A DNA stretch of 64,000 nucleotides from the human T2T-CHM13v2.0 reference genome, Homo sapiens, in NCBI RefSeq assembly GCF_009914755.1, contig NC_060936.1; one strand, written 5' to 3'. Both the position numbers and the translations under genes were made by a program. How positions within the stretch are numbered: position 1 is the stretch's first letter; every line of letters begins with the position of its first letter. A model generated the notes under the pieces. That model ran no database searches. It was not told the origin of the DNA and worked only from the letters and a program-made list of their open reading frames with translations. Positions 60,320 to 64,000 of this stretch are shown in pieces.

Positions 60320-61430
60320 TCTAAATATTCAGGCAACACTGTTCAGATTGATTTAGGTTTGTCTTAACCAATGTTCTTTTTTTAGAATTTCAGGTAGTGG
60401 CATTCACTGAGTATGCAGCTACTATGGTTTTTGTATGGGACGTATAAATACTTGATTATATACGACAGATTTTAATGTCTTTAAAGACTTCCTGCTGTAT
60501 TAACATATTGTAATGGAGTCTTTTAAATACTAGGTTGAATTTAATTGAAGTCACACACATCTTGAAGTGGTAACTGCATAGTAAATACTACCAAGAGTTT
60601 TTTTCACGTGGGAGTATCCTAAAACTCTGCCATGGGTGTAAATGTTTTACATTAATTTCATAATTGGACAGACCCTGCATTTAGCGAAAACATTTTGTTT
60701 TGAAAGTGTGTTCTTTTTGTCGCACTGTTACTGCGTAACACTTCTCAACATTCTGTAAGTTAAATTATTTTAAAATAACTATGGTGAATTCATGTTTATT
60801 TTTTTACTTTGAAAATTGTAGTACTCAGGTGGTATTTAATGGGAAAGGATCCTTTGGGTATAAATCATAATGTATTTTAAGGAATGCATCTATAACATTG
60901 ATAACTTTAGCCTTAAAAAAAAGGTCTATTATTCCTTCCTCTGCATCCCATGGTATATTAGCAAAGTAGTTTACAGCCCTGTACAGCCTTACAAAGTTGT
61001 TTTACAATTTTTAATGGAAAGCCCTTAACAACAACAACAAAAAATTGTATCATTTTACCAATATCCACGAATTACTGATCACAGTTTGTAAATAATTTGT
61101 TTAATATCAGAAGGCCAAAGAAAGTCTTAAAATTTTAGCTATTGACTCTATGGTGACTTCACAATAAGATTTCTGTGCAAAAAGGTAAGGTGATAATTGA
61201 TCTAATAGACTTTTTTTTTTTTTTTTTTTTTGCTGTCCATGAGAATTAGACTTCATATTAGCTTCAATTAAAAAGCTCATTCCATTTTATTAAAATGTTT
61301 GTAATTGCAATTTTGTGTTTAATGTTTACTTTGTCTTTCCTTTCTTTAGCATTTAGGTGACTGTTCGGCAGTTTGATATATGGCCATTGTCGGCCTTAAA
61401 CTGCACTAGTAACAAGCATGGTATTTATCT

Positions 61431-61500
61431 TGTATTGAAAATAAAACAAACTTTTGATAAGACTTTGCAGTTTGTCTTTTTTGTTTAATTTGTTATTTGG
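61431..61500 (+). terminator. Distal poly(A) site: TGTA 61431-61434, AATAAA 61440-61445, GU/U-rich downstream element
   Basis: AATAAA followed ~25 nt later by GTTTGTCTTTTTTGTTTAATTTGTT. Confidence 0.85.
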
Positions 61501-63229
61501 TAACCATTGTGTATGGTTTTAAGTAGTTAATGTTTATTGGCAATATGCAGTATAGCAGAAATTGGACTGTTGTCTGTATTCTATCTTTAAGCCAGATAGT
61601 GGTGGTTTTCTTGTGTATTGACATTTTGGTGCTCTTTAAAGCGACTGATAATTGGGCTAAAATTAGGATTAAGAGGCCTGACAGATTTCCAGGCTGTTAC
61701 ATGGTTTTTAAATGGAAGATTCAGAAAGCATTTGTCTAGTTTTAGAGGATCATTAACCTTACTAGACTTAAGTAAAAATGTTTGTAGCAAAAATATTTTA
61801 CTGGTTAGCTTGGAAACATTATGGGGTACTTTTGAAACAGTAACAGACTTCAGTTTCAGTGATTTCAGTAGATATTTCTGTGCCAGGTATTAATATCAGG
61901 CCTCAGATTTCTTACCTGCAAGCTTCAGAGTATTAAAGGTAACAGTTCTAAACAAGTGAATATGAACATGAGAAATAATACTACCATCACTGGGATCCCT
62001 TTCCATGCCTCCACTAAAATTGTGGTTCAGATTTTTGTTAGATTTCCTGTTACTGTTTGTTGTATGTTTCCATTGATCAATCCCTATTTGTGTTGAATTA
62101 GTTGAGACTCTCGTCCCTACCCTGTGAGGTCATTTAACTTTAAGAGAAGATCATTAGGAATATTTTTTGGCCAGATGCCACACTACATATGACTCAGTTC
62201 AAGACCTAATTTAGTGAAAGAGAGAAGCTTTTTTTTTACAAAAGATTTATGGACAGATTTTTCCCAGTCTTCCTAGTTTTGTTTCAGAGCCATTACCATG
62301 AAACAATAATTATTAGAAATGATTTCCAATGATGTTGTTGGTCTTTTTCTCCCATTTATAGTTCATTAACAGTTCTTGGATTTTCGTGTGGTACATCAGT
62401 TCTGATAAACTATTGTCAGTTCCAGATAAATGATATATACTTTACCTTTCAAAAATCTATATTCATTTTATAGAAAAACTTTAAAAAATGAAATTTACTA
62501 CTTTAATGTTATACTGAGATCTGTAGGAAAAAAATGGTGAATGGGAAAAGGAAGTACCTTTTAGGCAGAGACTTGCAAAAAGGGCTTTTGGCAAGAGGAG
62601 CATGCTAGTAGGAACTGAAAGAATGCCAGTTTGGCTGAAGCAGGGAGTGAAGAACATAGCCTATGTGTGGAGCTCAAGCAGTTGGCAAGGCTAGGCTCTC
62701 CGGAGCTTGTAGGTCACATTAAAGATTGTCCTAAGAGTCATGTGGAATCATTGAATTGTGTGAAGTGTCATAATCAACATTTCAAAAAGCTTCTTGGCTG
62801 CAGATTAAATTGATAATAGATAAAAGAGAAACACCTCTTCCTGTCAGGAGAGAAGATAAGGGTAGATAAAAATAGAAGTTTGTGGGCTGTAGGTGTGTGG
62901 TAGAAATTTTAAGATGTCATATTTAGTGACTTATGTTTTCTTTGAAATAGAAATTGAGGGCATTGTGGTGTGGGCATGGCTTAGTTTAGAAGTAACAGTG
63001 TTTATCTGTGAGATTGTCAGGATTTGCTATCTAAGATAAGGCTCCCATTTTTATGGTGGCAGTCCATCTAGTAACACATTCATCCCCTGGGAGAGGGTAG
63101 ATGGATCAAGCTATGGGACGGAGAAGGCAGTAATTGTCTTCATCAGTTTTCACTTTAACGGTTGTCAACTCAGCTGAAGAACACAATCACCGATGCTGTC
63201 CTGTTGTTTTTTAGGGGATTGCTATTAAC

Positions 63230-63918
<689 letters not shown>

Positions 63919-64000
63919 AGTGTTCTACTTTTAAAAGGGAGGTAATGGGCTCTGAAAGGTTATGACTAGCAGAATATAGTGAGTAGAGGTTAGAATGATT

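Larger units (their letters stand above)
56612..61462 (+). other. CPSF6: CPSF6 terminal exon (3'UTR, ~4.85 kb)
   Basis: acattacag|CTGAAGGAAGAGGATCACC matches my recollection of the mRNA immediately after TAGAAG; Alu-free AU-rich sequence ending at a canonical poly(A) site. Confidence 0.88.

Overview
Primate (most likely human, 12q15) genomic DNA containing the whole CPSF6 (CFIm68) gene on the + strand. A CpG-island promoter lies at ~26.5-27.4 kb. Nine constitutive coding exons (26730-49665) splice into an intact 551-aa ORF: RRM, GAR motif, Pro-rich domain with the HIV-1 capsid-binding FG motif, and an RS/RD/RE tail. There is also a 111-nt cassette exon (588-aa isoform), a 6.9-kb intron 3 nt after the stop codon, and a ~4.85-kb terminal 3'UTR exon with several poly(A) signals and the antisense MIR1279 hairpin. 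The first 26 kb is intergenic and repeat-dense: many Alus, an old L1 carrying nested MaLR LTRs and rearrangements, and two AT-rich minisatellites. The strongest new-looking signal is a candidate 26-nt microexon at 49296-49321. Its inclusion would shift exon 9 into a second, fully open reading frame that stops just inside the last exon. This would replace the RS domain with a 73-aa acidic/Thr/Val-rich tail without triggering NMD, while a second donor 8 nt downstream would give an NMD product. No database could be consulted, so novelty is unverified. Repeat boundaries are approximate and subfamily calls are from recall.
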